In this document: positions 50,095-62,327 of the stretch, one piece after another
Layout: the number at the start of each line of letters is the position of its first letter
Numbering within the stretch: the stretch's first letter is position 1
Origin: Blepharisma stoltei ATCC 30299
Taxonomy: Eukaryota > Protista > Ciliophora
NCBI GenBank assembly: GCA_965603825.1
Contig: CBFDEM010000013.1
Span: 868,001-932,000 of the forward strand
Direction of reading: 5' to 3'
DNA length: 64,000 bases
Program-made: the position numbers and the translations under genes
Notes under the pieces: model-generated
Database searches by the model: none
What the model saw: the letters and a program-made list of their open reading frames with translations, nothing else
Told to the model about the DNA's origin: nothing

Positions 50095-50666
50095 TTAAGG
50101 ATGAGTTATAACATTTGACCATGCATTCTCTTCATTACCTTGATTTTTATCAGGATGATATATAAATAATAAGCGTCTCTTTTTGGCTTCAACGGCTTCA
50201 TTGCTTGAGTACTCGTATAGTTCAAATACTTCAAGTGCAACCTTATACATATCCTTCTTAAACTCTATGCTGTCTTCCTTTCTTATAGCTATAGCATACT
50301 CTTGGAAGCTAAATATTTTCCAGCTTTATAGCCTACAATTCCGCCAATAGCTGCACCTATAGCAGATCCTATTCCTGGAAAAATGATGGTTCCAATAATA
50401 CATCCAATGCTAGCTCCTAATAAACTTCCCAATAATCCACCTCCTTCATTACATAATTCTTTGAAGGCTTCACTCCCAGAAATTCTTCCAAACATCCATC
50501 TTGCAATTATCTGAGAACAATTAACAAGCGCACTCGTAAGCGCATAGCCCATTGGATTCATCCAGGTGCTAAGAAAGTTAGCATTATTTGCAACTGCTGC
50601 TGATGCCGCTGTAACCATTCCTTCAATTGCTTGCTTTCTCCTTGAAGATGTTTTGCCACTTCCCAT
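50095..50666 (-). pseudogene. glycine-zipper membrane protein with C-terminal DnaJ (J) domain, frameshifted
   Basis: GGLLGSLLGASIG...GSAIGAAIGGIVG; a shifted frame after ~50295 reads KVALEVFELYEYSSNEAVEAKKRRLLFIYHPDKN (HPD at 50149-50157). Confidence 0.65.
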
Positions 50667-51357
50667 TATATTTTATATAGGGGAATTCATCTATAAAAAT
50701 GTCATATAGCTATAGTCTAATTCAACCCTTACTAAATAATAATTAGGCTATTTATTCAAAATATCGAAATTGTATGACTGAATAAAAGATTAATTGAAAT
50801 TATTTGCTATAGCTTTTGAATTTAAAGCTGCGTAAGGGTGGGTCGGGAGTATACTTGAATTCTTGGTAATACGGATTTTGGCAGCACACAAAAGGTTGAA
50901 TTTAATCTGAAGACTAAATATTTACATTGTTCAATAAAACTCTATAGATTTTTTGCTTCATATTGAGAAAGCGTACAAAGTTTATGCTAAATCAAGAAAA
51001 ATCTATACTAAATGCACAGGTGCGCAATATTTCGAAGATATTTTTCTTGATATAGCTTTGTTTTTTCGGAAATCATCAATTTATTATTAGATTTTATTAA
51101 CTAACTTAATAATTAAACAATGAAAATATTAAATACTCTTGCTTTATCAGTAATAAAACTGGCGAAATCATAGATGCAATACCACAAGTTTTTTTCGTCT
51201 TTTTAGATCATTTTTGTATCAAGGTCTTGAATTATAATCAGTTATTAAGGTATTTCCGTTTTCTTTTTCCTCAAATTTTACAGCTAGCACTGAATTTTAT
51301 ATATATTTACCATTGGTTCCAGAGAGATAATTCACACAAGAATTATATTTAAAGTCG

Positions 51358-51562
51358 ATTATAAAGTTTTAAGATGCTTTAATTGATTCTTTTTAGGTCA
51401 AATTGGATAAGCCTGCACTCAAAAGTTGTAATTAAAAAATATTTTCTAATTGCAAAGATTATGAACGACGAGAAGCTTGTTGAAATATGTGGTTCATTCC
51501 AATTGATGCTCATGCTTTGTTATTGTGTAAGCCACTTTCATAATAATTTCTATTGCAGTCAA
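51358..51562 (-). pseudogene. decayed 3' fragment of a family A gene
   Basis: remnant of ...YYESGL...IQFDLKKNQLKHLKTL*. Confidence 0.6.
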
Positions 51563-51884
51563 CATGGGTTTAACAGGAATTTGATTTAAAAATTCTATAT
51601 ATACTTGGTAACTTGGTAACCAACTGCGAAGAGTTGAGAGTAAGATGAGCCATCTTGATCGTAAGCACATATCATTCAAGAATAATAAACATTTGATAAG
51701 AGAGTCTTATAGGCTGTCATGTGTCAAAAACAAATTGAGGAATGAAGTCCGATCATAAAAGATTGCTATACACTAAATAAATTAATGCAAATTGTAATAA
51801 ATCTAAGAAATTAAGTTACCTATCATTAAAAATTGCAAAAAGATAAATTTATATATAAAATTGCTAATGCAACTTAAGTTATCA

Positions 51885-52245
51885 AAATTTCAGCATGCTT
51901 TTAAAAAAATTTTGGCAAATCAATGAAGTTGGTAAAAGATGCACCAAAATTAATATAAAACTATAATGTGAAAAAGAGCTTCTGAATGCTGCTACTAAAG
52001 ATGATATAGAAAACTTGCTCAAACTCAATATTGAGAGAGCCAATTCCAAAAGGATGAGTTTAGTACAATCGCTGACAAATGAATTATAGGAAAATGAATG
52101 AGACTTATTAAATCTTTTCAATCCTTTATTGGAGCTGTTGGAAATGAAATTGAATCAAATGAACTGTCATCCTTTAGGCACAATGCTTCATTTTTTATTA
52201 TAAATTTAGAGAGATTGGAAATTTCTTCCATAAGTACTCTTGATT
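51885..52245 (+). pseudogene. decayed middle fragment of a family B gene
   Basis: remnants KRCTK, KDDIENLLKLN, EIESNELSSFRHN with stops and frameshifts. Confidence 0.6.
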
Positions 52246-52256
52246 TTCAATTCTAA

Positions 52257-52756
52257 TTGCTGTAGCACTCCTTTTATAAGAAGAATTTGATTGCAATGCA
52301 TTGGATATTTCTTAAGCTCTCATATTAACACTTCTTTATAAACCTTCTCCATTTTTCAAATTTTTATATGTATATAAATAGAAAATCGTATTTCAGGCAT
52401 CTAAACACCAAAGCACATAATAGAAATATTCTTAATAATTAATACCTTCAAGGCTTTGGTTGGGCAAGCAAAATTCCAAATTTAGCATTTAAAAGAATAT
52501 TCTAGTCAATAAATCTCAAACATAAAAATTAAATAAATAATAGCTTGATTATACTTAAAATTGTATAAAACTTGCTAAGATTATAAAAATAATAATTATC
52601 TAATTTTGAGTAGAAGTCAATTATAAACTACAGAAAATCTTAAGCCACTTATTTAAAATTGTAACCCAAAACAGTTGCTTTTCTTAACTTATTCATAAAA
52701 TCATCATTTGCATTTACTGAAGCCATTTTCAGCAATTAGCTATATCTCTATAAAAA
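52257..52756 (+). repeat. second copy of the family B upstream block
   Basis: aligns with 48118..48617. Confidence 0.85.
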
Positions 52757-54038
52757 ATGCTTAGTTGCAGATGCTTTAAGGAAAACTGCTATAATAAACC
52801 TGCTGGGAAATGTAAATGCGAAAGAAATGTACTATTTTTCATTGAGCATGCACCTGAGCATTTCCAAAAACCCTGCAATAGAAGTCATCAATGGCTGAGC
52901 CCTGACATCAAGCCAGCAGATGAAATCAGCCAACCAATTATTATAAAGCTGATAGAGCTCAAAAAAGATATTGAAGGATATAGAAATAAAATAATTTCAG
53001 AAGCAAATGAAGTAATCAACAACTTTAAAACTACATTTGGGGAGTATCTAGATCAAATTAATAACATAGAAAAAAGATGAAGTAAAATCATTGAAGGACT
53101 GATGAGTGGAGAAAAGTCTCTTGATGACTCTGCTGAAGATGATATGGAAAATGTGTTTAAACTTTATGCTGAAAGAGCCCCTAGATGAGATTCAAAACAA
53201 TATTGTTTGGACTATAGCGAAATATATGCAGCTATAAGCAAAACTTATGAAATTCCTTTTAAAGAGGCCATAGAAGATACTATTAAATCAAGTGAACTAT
53301 CATTTTTTATGAGTAACTCTCAAAATTTCACTACAATAAATTTAGATAGCTTTAAGATAACTTCTACGGTTACTCTTCCAGTTCAGGAAAGAATTCATCC
53401 ATATACCTCAAGCTGTATGCTGCCTAATAAATCGTATTTTTATTTCGGCAATCCAAATACGAATTCAGGTCTTACATTCACAATTGACAAAAATTACAAT
53501 GTTAAGCAACTGCAAAAGTCAAAACCAGGCAGCTATATTGATTCTGTTTTTTATGAGAATTTTATGTATTTGATAGGAGGAGACACCAATATGGCTGAAA
53601 GGTATGATTTCGTCCAAAATCAGTGGGAAAGTCTAGCTCCAGTACCTCAAGGTTTGAATTTCGATTTTAGCTGCAGTTTTTATTTAAAGATTCAATTCTT
53701 ATAGCTGGATTAAATTTCAATAAGATGATATGCTACAGCATCAGTCAAAACAGCTATAAAGATGTACCTAATTTAGTACTAAATGTTAGTTATTGCAAAT
53801 TTATGATGAGAGGGAACAACAGGATTTATTTAGTCGAGAAAGGATGCAGGATTTAGAAAGCGCTGAAAACAATTATTCAGGTTGGGCTCAAGTATGTGGC
53901 TGTGGCATTGCAAATGACCGTCAACTTCAATCAAGTATTGTTCGTCATAAAGGGTCTCTTTATTTCATTCATTTTGATAGCCAACTATGGAAATTCGATC
54001 TCACTTCAAAGCGGCTATCTTATCTAAAAAACGTCTAG
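52757..54038 (+). pseudogene. family B copy B2, frameshifted
   Basis: 1-nt deletions near 53678 and 53853, in-frame deletions, Zn ligand C>F (LFFIEH). Confidence 0.75.
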
Positions 54039-54439
54039 ATTTAAATTTAATTCTTTTACTTGGAATTGCATATATTTCAACTAATTATTTAATTAAATAA
54101 AATCTTGAATATCAAACTGGATATAATTTTTTTTGAATAAACATATCAGCCTTTATCATTCACATTTAAGACTTTTTGAACCCATATTCGAATTGAGTCT
54201 TTTGCTAAAATTAAATAATTCCCTGTAAATTTATAACAGTTTATAGAGTTCTCGTTGTATTTTATTCTATGAATTAATTTACCTGACACAATCAATAAAT
54301 GAGAAATGGTTTTTAGTTAGGAAGATATAATACACTTACAAAGCATTATTCCTCTAATTTTCTCATTAATTAAGAGATTTAATAAAATTTCTGCACTTAG
54401 AAATGATAAGTTTTTCAATTTTTCTATCTTTTGGTTCAA

Positions 54440-54660
54440 AAATTGCTTTTATGCATTATTTCACTCATCTTACAGTTAGAAAAATTTGAAAAAGCCACAA
54501 ATGATAAAGTAAAATCTGCATCTCTTAAATCGCTATTGGAAAAATCAGTTCTAAGAAAAGAGATATTTAACAAATCTGCATAGGGATTGTAATATTTAGC
54601 AAATTTGATCATCAAAGGAAATCCAATTTTTATTCAGCGTTGCTTGAAGCTAAATTATTC
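54440..54660 (-). pseudogene. pentapeptide-repeat gene relic (NACHT/WD40-associated type)
   Basis: minus strand reads NLASSNA...NITIP/YADLLNISFLRTDFSNSDLRDADFTLSFVAFSNFSNCKMSEI with frameshifts. Confidence 0.5.
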
Positions 54661-55855
54661 CTTCTGAATACCTGGAAAAAAGCATAATTTGATAAAGTCT
54701 TTGCTTATGTTTTTTGATTCTTCATTGATGAGTGAGATTTAATTGAAGAGATATTTTCTATATTTTTGATATTATTGAGAATCTTTTCAATTAAATCTTT
54801 CTTTAGAGCTGATGATTTACCAAATTTTATTCTTCCAGGATTTTCTTGAATATGTTTAATTGAAGGTAGAGAGTTTTTTTTGCCCCTAGAAATCTGCTAT
54901 TTAGAATTCCAACTACAAAATCTAAAAATCCTTGTTTACTTGACAACTACTTTTGAATTTCAATGGAAAATTCATGCATGTCCTTCAAATTGCCTACTAA
55001 AATTATTTTTTATTGTAGCAATCCAAAATGGCAGTTCAGACTTGCTTTTACGATTGGCAAGAATAAAAATGCCAAACAACTATAAAATTCATAAGTTAAC
55101 TCTTAATTTTTATACTTGCTAAGGTGATATTATACGCTTGCTGAAAGATATAATTTTAAGCAAAAAGAGTGGCAAAGCTTTGCTCCTACCTCAAGACCCA
55201 GTGTTTTGCTATAGTATAGCAGCTATTATAATAACTAACAAATTGCATAAGGAACTAAGTGACAGTCCGTAATTTATCTTTCTTCGAAGGAATTATCTCA
55301 AGTAAAAACTGTCTAGGATAAATTTAATAAAAGTTGAATTGCTCTAAATTTTATATCTAAATTATAAAACTAAATATTTTATTGATAATAATTTTATACA
55401 AGTTTGCATAAGAATAGGCAATAGACAATGCACATTATGATTAAGCTTACCTATGTTTTCTAAGGCTGCATGATTCAATTCCATATATAGTTATCTTTCT
55501 GAAAATTGAGCCTGAAAGCTCTAAAGATGACAGTAAAATTCATTATTTATATGATAAAAATGCTAGAGCGAATAAAATTTGCTATTTTGTTGCTCCTAAT
55601 TATTGCTCTTTTTATTTATAAGTAAATAATTCGAATTTCTAGTTTTAAATAAATTGATTATTCCAGTCAATACACCTTAAATTGTAAAATTTTTGGTTGA
55701 ATAAAATACTCTTATTGTTTGCATAAATAAAAATAAACCCAATTTAAAAGATCAATTGAGATTATAAAGCTTAATATTTCTCCCATTTTTTGTGGAAAAC
55801 CATAATGGCTACTGATGTTGATTTAATATCTTAATAGACATCAAATCTATAAAAA

Positions 55856-57288
55856 ATGTTTAGTGGCAGATGCTTCAAAGCTGACTGCTATAATAAGATT
55901 GTTGGAAAATGTGAATGCGAAGGAAATGTACTATTTTGCTCTGAGCATGCATTCGAGCATTTCCGAAAAACACCCTCTAAAGGTCACATATTACGAGATT
56001 CTTACATTAAGCCTGCCAATGACATCAAGCAGCCAATCATTCAAAAGTTGACAGAGCTTAAAAAAGATATGCATAATTTTCTGAATGCAATTAAACATGC
56101 TTTATCAACATTAAAATAAATAAATAAATTAAATATAAGAATATTAAAAATAATTAATAGCTATTAAAATTTTTGTTTAATTCTATCAAACTGTATATTA
56201 AAGCATTCAGAAGTCAAGCAATAACTAATGCAGGTGAAGTTATCAAAAATTATAAAATCGCTTTTGGAAAATACATAGATGAAATTAATTTTATTGATAA
56301 AAGATGTAGTAGTTTGATTGATGTTTTGAATAATGGAAAAGAGGTTCTTGACATCTCTGGGGAAAATGACTTGGAAAGTATTATCAAACTAAATGCCCAG
56401 GCTGCTCAACTAAAAATGCTTGGGTGGGATGTAAAGAAATGCTATTTCAACGCACAGGAATTAAGTACCTCTATAAGCAAAATATGTGAAATCCCCTTCA
56501 ATCCTTTTGGAAAGGCGATAGAAGATATGATTGAATCAAACGAACTTTCATTTTTTAGACATAGCTCTCAAAATTTTACAACAATAAACTTAGACAGCTT
56601 TGAAGTGACTTCTACAATTGCACTTCAAACTCAAGAACCAATCCATGGATATACCTCAAGCTGCATGCTGCCTGATAAGTCCTATTTTTATTTCGGCAAT
56701 GTAAATTACAATTCAGGACTAACATTTATTATTGATAGAAATAAAAATGTTAGACAATTACAAAAATCAAAACCAAGTGGTTATATTGATCCTATTTTTT
56801 ATAATAACTTTATGTACTTGATAGGGGGACAGAATAATATAGCTGAAAGATATAACATTGCTCAAAATTCATGGGAAAGTATAGCTCCAGTACCTCAAGG
56901 TTTTAATTACACTTATAGCTGCAATGCTTTATTGAAAGATTCAATCCTTATAACTGGATATCATTTCAATAAAACGATGTGCTACAGCATAAGTCAAAAC
57001 AATTATAAAGATGTACCCAGTTTAGTGCTAAATGTGAATTATTATAAATTTATGATGAGAGGAAACAACAGGATTTATTTAGTCGAGAAAGGATTAAGGA
57101 TTATAGAAAGCGCTGAAAATGATTATTCAAGCTGGACTCAGGTAGGTGGCTGTAGCATTTCAAATAGCCCTTGACTTCAATCAAGCATTGTTCGATATAA
57201 AGGCTCTCTTTACTTCATTCATTATAACAACCAACTATGGAAATTCGATCTGGCTTCAAAACAAATTTCTCAAGTAAAAAGCGTCTAG
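55856..57288 (+). CDS. family B copy B3, intact except for a 128-bp IES-like insertion (434 aa after removal; UGA=Trp at 57172)
   Basis: 1433-128=1305 nt, the same length as B1 and B4; junction KKD-I-KAFR matches paralog KKDIKAYR. Confidence 0.78.
56071..56198. mobile_element. 128-bp AT-rich, TA-bounded insertion, IES-like
   Basis: ATAT direct repeat at 56067-56070 and 56195-56198; inward ends TATGCATAATTT / TATACAGTTTG; no GT-AG. Confidence 0.75.
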
Positions 57289-58615
57289 ACTTAAATTTAA
57301 TTCTTTATATCGAAATTGCATATTTTGTAAGTAAGTAAGTAATTTAAAATAATCAAACTTAAAATATGCAACTGCAGATATAAATATATATTGAAAACCA
57401 TAACTACCAACTCATGAATCACTTTATCCCAAAACCAAAGAAACTTTTTTATGATTTAGAAAGAGCTTAACGAAATGTAATTATATTGCTGCAAGGACTC
57501 TGATTAGATTAAATAAATATGGTATTTCGGGGACATGCTTTGTAACTCCGAAATTTTTCAAATCCTGCTTTATCTCTGAATTTTAATAAATTTGCCATGT
57601 TTACTTTTCCTCGACTTCTTCTGATCCTGTCGTCAAATATTTTTAAATTGACCTTAGTTTATTTAACATGGCATTCTTCGCAAATATTATTTTTACCATC
57701 GTCTGAATTCTGATTCCTAATCACCATCAGGCTTATTGGCCCGTATCTCCACGCTGCTTTTATCCTCCCTTTTTGCATCAACTCGATTCATACTTCAAAA
57801 CTGAGCCTTTCCTAAATTTAGAGTGTTTATTTGCATGCCATATGTTGCTTTAATGATATTTCTTTCTAGCTTTTCTTATTCTTTCAATGATTTTTCGCTT
57901 TCCTTTTAAAAGCCCTTTTGGAGTTATTTATACTTTATTGGATCTCAGACCCATTATTTTAATGATATATGGCTTATCCAATTCTTATTTTAACAGTAAA
58001 TTATTGTAAAGATTTTGATCTGGTGTGATTTTATCGTTTAAAGTTTTAAGTAAATGTGCTGAAATTTAGAATGCGATGAAATTTAAATATTTTTTAAAAA
58101 AAGAATAAACTCTCTTGATTCATATATTGATCATTCTCATTATTTTTAAGTCAAGCAAGATAGGCTTTATTGAATTTTTTTCATAGGCATGGTAAATTTC
58201 TCTAAGAGATGTTTTATAAGCATATAAGAATAGAAAGCCATATTTCGGACATCAAAATAGTTACAACAAAGTATAAAATAGAATATTCTAGAGAATTAAT
58301 GCTTTAGCGGTTTATTGCTTAAGCATATTCAAAATTTAGCATTCAAAAGCGGATTATTCCAGTAAATAAATCTCAAAAAAATTGAAATAAGTAATTAACT
58401 CAAGTAAAGCTTTTATTTATTATAACTTGATAAGACATAAAGTTAATGATATGTAAAAAATAATAATTCTCCAATTTTGAGTAGAAGTCCATAATAAACT
58501 ATTGAGCCTTTAAGTAATATATAAAAAATTGCAACTAAAAACAAAAAATATTTAATTTGCTCATAAAATCATCAATTTGCATTTACTTAAGACATTTTTT
58601 GAGATTCTATAATAA

Positions 58616-59920
58616 ATGCTCAGTGGTAAATGCTTCAAGGAAAACTGCTACAATAAGCTTGTTGGCAAATGTAGATGCGAAGAAAATATACTATTCTGCA
58701 ATGAGCACTTACCTGAGCATTTCCAAAAGTCCAGCAATAAAGGGCATCAATGGTTGAGCTCGCACTTCAAGCCAGCAGATGATATAAAGCAGCCAATTAT
58801 TCAGAAGTTGACTGAGCTTAAAAAAGATATTAAAGCATATAGAAATAAAGCGCTTAGAGAAGCAAGTGAAATAATCAAAAACTTTAAAACTACATTTGGG
58901 AAATATCTAGATCAGATTAATTATATTGATAACAGATGCAGCAAAATAATTGAAGGGCTGAATAGTGGAGAAGAGTTTCTTGACGTCTCTACTGAAGATG
59001 ATATGGAAAGTGTGCTTAAACTTAATGCACAGAGAGCCCAATTAAGAATGGCTGGATGGGATACAAAACAATGCTGTTTGGACTATAGTGAAATAAATGC
59101 AGCTATAAGTAAAACTTATATAACTCCCTTCAATCCATTTGTAAAGGGCATAGAAGATGCTGTTGAGTCAAATGAACTCTCTTTTTTTAGGAGTGGCTCT
59201 CAAAATTTTGCCACAATAAACTTAGATAGTTTTCAGGTAACTTCTACGATTACTCTTCAAATTGCGGAAAGCATTCATGCGCATACTTCAAGCTGCATAC
59301 TGCCTGATAAATCTTATTTTTATTTTGGTAATCCAAGTTATAATTATGGCACTACATTTATGGTAGACAAAAATAAAACCGTTCGACTATTGCAAAAAGC
59401 AAAACAAGGTTGCTATATTGATTCTGTTTTTTATAAGAATTTTATGTATTTGATAGGAGGAAGTGCTAATATGGCTGAAAGGTATGATTTTGCACAAAAT
59501 CAGTGGCAAAGCTTAGCTCCAGTACCTCAAGGCTTGAGTTTTCAATATAGCTGCAGTATATTATTGAAAGATTCGATTCTTATAACTGGATATAGTCTCA
59601 ATAAAATGATATGCTACAACATCATTCAAAACAATTATAAAGATGTGCCCAATTTAGTGCTAAATGTGAATTATTATAAATTTATGATTAGAGGGAATAA
59701 CAGAATTTATTTAGTTGAGAAAGGATGCAGAATTATGGAAAGCGCTGAAAACGATTATTCAGGCTGGACTCAAGTAGGTGGCTGCGGTATTGCAAATAAC
59801 GCCCCACTTCAATCAAGTATTGTTCGTTATAAAGGCTTTCTTTACTTCATTCATTTTGATAGCCAACTATGGAAATTCGATCTGGCTTCAAAGCAAATTT
59901 CTCAAGTAAAAAACGTCTAG
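58616..59920 (+). CDS. family B copy B4 (434 aa, intact)
   Basis: uninterrupted ORF collinear with B1. Confidence 0.88.
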   Translation: MLSGKCFKENCYNKLVGKCRCEENILFCNEHLPEHFQKSSNKGHQWLSSHFKPADDIKQPIIQKLTELKKDIKAYRNKALREASEIIKNFKTTFGKYLDQINYIDNRCSKIIEGLNSGEEFLDVSTEDDMESVLKLNAQRAQLRMAGWDTKQCCLDYSEINAAISKTYITPFNPFVKGIEDAVESNELSFFRSGSQNFATINLDSFQVTSTITLQIAESIHAHTSSCILPDKSYFYFGNPSYNYGTTFMVDKNKTVRLLQKAKQGCYIDSVFYKNFMYLIGGSANMAERYDFAQNQWQSLAPVPQGLSFQYSCSILLKDSILITGYSLNKMICYNIIQNNYKDVPNLVLNVNYYKFMIRGNNRIYLVEKGCRIMESAENDYSGWTQVGGCGIANNAPLQSSIVRYKGFLYFIHFDSQLWKFDLASKQISQVKNV

Positions 59921-60229
59921 ATTTAAATTTAATTCTTTACATTGAAATAATTTATAAATAAGTAATTAAAAAAGCACAGACTTAAGCCTAGAATTATATA
60001 CAATAGAAATATCGAATTATTCAAGCCAAAAGTTATAAAATCACTGAAAAAATAAAAGACAAGTATAAAATCAATAAATATATACAATTCAGCTATGGTA
60101 TAATAACTTATTCCTCTCCATGAGTTACTTTTTTAAAAAATTAATTCCTACCTGATATGGAGAGCTGTTCATAGATTGAAATAGATTAAATTTTAAAATT
60201 AAGCCTTTAAATCTCAAGAATCTGTAAAT

Positions 60230-61505
60230 ATGTCAATTAGTAGGTGCTTTGTTGATGGCTGTATGAGCAAGCTCTTTGGAAAGTGTGAATGTGAAGGAAT
60301 CGTCTTATTTTGCAAAGAGCACGCTGTTGATCACGTAGTAAAACCATCTTCTAAAGGACATCAATGCTTGAGGCTTTACTTTAGGCCAGCAGACGAAATT
60401 AGGCAGCCAATTATCGATAAGCTGAAGGAATTCAAAAATGATATCAAAAAATATAGAAATGCAGCAATTGCTAATGCAAATGAAATAATCAACAATTTTA
60501 AAAATGAACTTGGAAAATATATCAATAAAATCAATGAAGTAGAAATGAGATGTAATAAAATGATTGAGATTTTATATAGTGGAGAAGAGGTTCTTGATAT
60601 CTTTACTCAAGACGATATGGAAAACGTGTTGAAATTAAATGCTACTGGAACTAAAGAGTGCATCGCCGATTGAAATATAGACGAATACCAATTGGATTAC
60701 AAGGATATAAATGCAGCTATTAAAAACATTTATAAAATCCCTTTTAAGATTTATTGGGTAATTGAATCGAACAAGCTTTCCTTTTTTAGAGCAAATTCTT
60801 CAAGTTTTACTACTATCAACTTAGGTTTTTTCTACAGTAGCTCTTCCAACTTGAGAACCAGATCAAGAATATGCTAGAAGCTGCATACTTCCAGATGGAT
60901 CTTATTTTTACTGTTGCAATCGGAATTCTACATCAGGCCTCACATTTATCATTGACAAAAATCAAAATTGCAAAAGGCTGCAAAGCTCAAAATTTAATAT
61001 GAATGTTGATCCTATTTTTTACAATAATTTTATCTACTTGATTGGTGGAAATTATAATCTGGCTGAGAGGTACGATTTTAAACGAAACGTGTGGGAAAAG
61101 ATGGCAAAAATACCTCAGGGTTTGAATTTACAATATAGTTGTAATGCGAGATATAGAGATTCCATTCTTATAGCAGCCTACAATCTTCATAAAATAATAA
61201 TTTATAACACATCTCAAAATAACTATCAAGACGTCCCGAATTTGGCATTGAGTTGTGGGTGATTTAAATTGATGCTAAAAGGGAACAATAGAATTTATTT
61301 GCTTGAGAGAAATAGAAGTATTTTCGAAAGTGCTGAAAACAGCATTTTAAGCTGAAGTCATATAGGAACTAATAGCATTCCAGCTGAATATTATCAGTCA
61401 AGCTTTGTTCTGTATAAGAAATGCTATTATATTGTTGATTATGGCAATAAACTCTGAAAATTTGATTTAACTTCAAAGCAAGCATCTTATATAAACACTG
61501 TCTAA
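60230..61505 (+). pseudogene. family B copy B5, frameshifted
   Basis: ~11-nt deletion at ~60830; TGA at conserved Trp sites (60671, 61353, 61455 in L-W-KFD); ends TAA 61503-61505. Confidence 0.72.
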
Positions 61506-61711
61506 AATAAGTTATCTTGATTTAATAATCCTCTATTTATATTTGCAAATAAATTGGAGTATTAAGATTGCCTTTATATCTGAGTGTTGCTTATTTGGGT
61601 CTTTTTCTAGCGTTTAATGAGCAGTAAAAAGGCAAAGGCTGCTAGTTATATTTCAGTAATTTCTTTGCACTTTATTAGCAGCATTATCTATTAAGTGTAT
61701 TAATATATTTA

Positions 61712-61784
61712 ATAATTATATACAATTAATTTTTTTAGATGTGAATAATAATTATGTACAATTTAATTATTTTTAGATATGAAT
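61712..61784. repeat. imperfect tandem duplication of a ~36-bp AT-rich unit
   Basis: AATAATTAT[A/G]TACAATT..ATTTTT..AGAT[G/A]TGAAT twice. Confidence 0.55.
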
Positions 61785-62327
61785 CTAGTCTGGAGATAGC
61801 AATTTTGGCGTGTGTGAAAAATACTTTGTGTGCTCCAACTTATAAAAAAGCATTACTAAATTTGATTATATTATAATATTAACATAAATGAGTCTCGATT
61901 TAAGTCATCAAAGCAACAAAACCACTGCTGGCTAATTGCAGGGAAATTGATCTCCCTCAGAAAATCAACTAATAAACAGATCAAAGTAGTATAACATTAC
62001 TGAGACGTTAAGCAGCTTTATGTTTTTATTTCTCCGTCAGCATAGCAAGGGGTATTTATTAGAATGCAATAATTTATTAATAAATACAATTTTAAGAGTA
62101 GCTGCATAGATTTAGTAGCTATAAAGGATATTGCTTAACAACCCTTATAGTAAAAGTTATAAGCTAAAAAAATAATTCATCCTAGCAATGCTGAAATTGA
62201 AACATTTTCCTATGTTAAATAATGAAATCTGTAAAAAGTGCCTAAAATCTCGGCTGAGGGATTTTATAGGCTTATAAAATTATTATTTTAGTCCTTAAAA
62301 CAATTAAGCCATCATGAATCTATAAAA

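Noticed and set aside
50288-50298. GTATGCTATAG as an 11-nt intron that would fuse the Gly zipper to the J domain in frame
   Set aside because: Shorter than the 15-16 nt class and lacks both GTAA and the A at -6 seen in all seven real introns; a simple frameshift is more likely.
50828-50895. GC-rich patch as a tRNA or ncRNA
   Set aside because: No cloverleaf, A/B boxes or convincing stem could be built.
56071-56198. 128-bp insert as a spliceosomal intron
   Set aside because: No GT..AG or GC..AG boundary restores the frame, and introns here are 15-16 nt.
57590-57960. Pyrimidine-rich tract as a minus-strand gene
   Set aside because: Multiple TAA/TAG in the frame read and no recognisable protein; at most an unidentifiable relic.
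277-61505. UGA as selenocysteine or cysteine
   Set aside because: It aligns with TGG/Trp in paralogs; the one TGC>TGA case (53078) is in a decayed copy.
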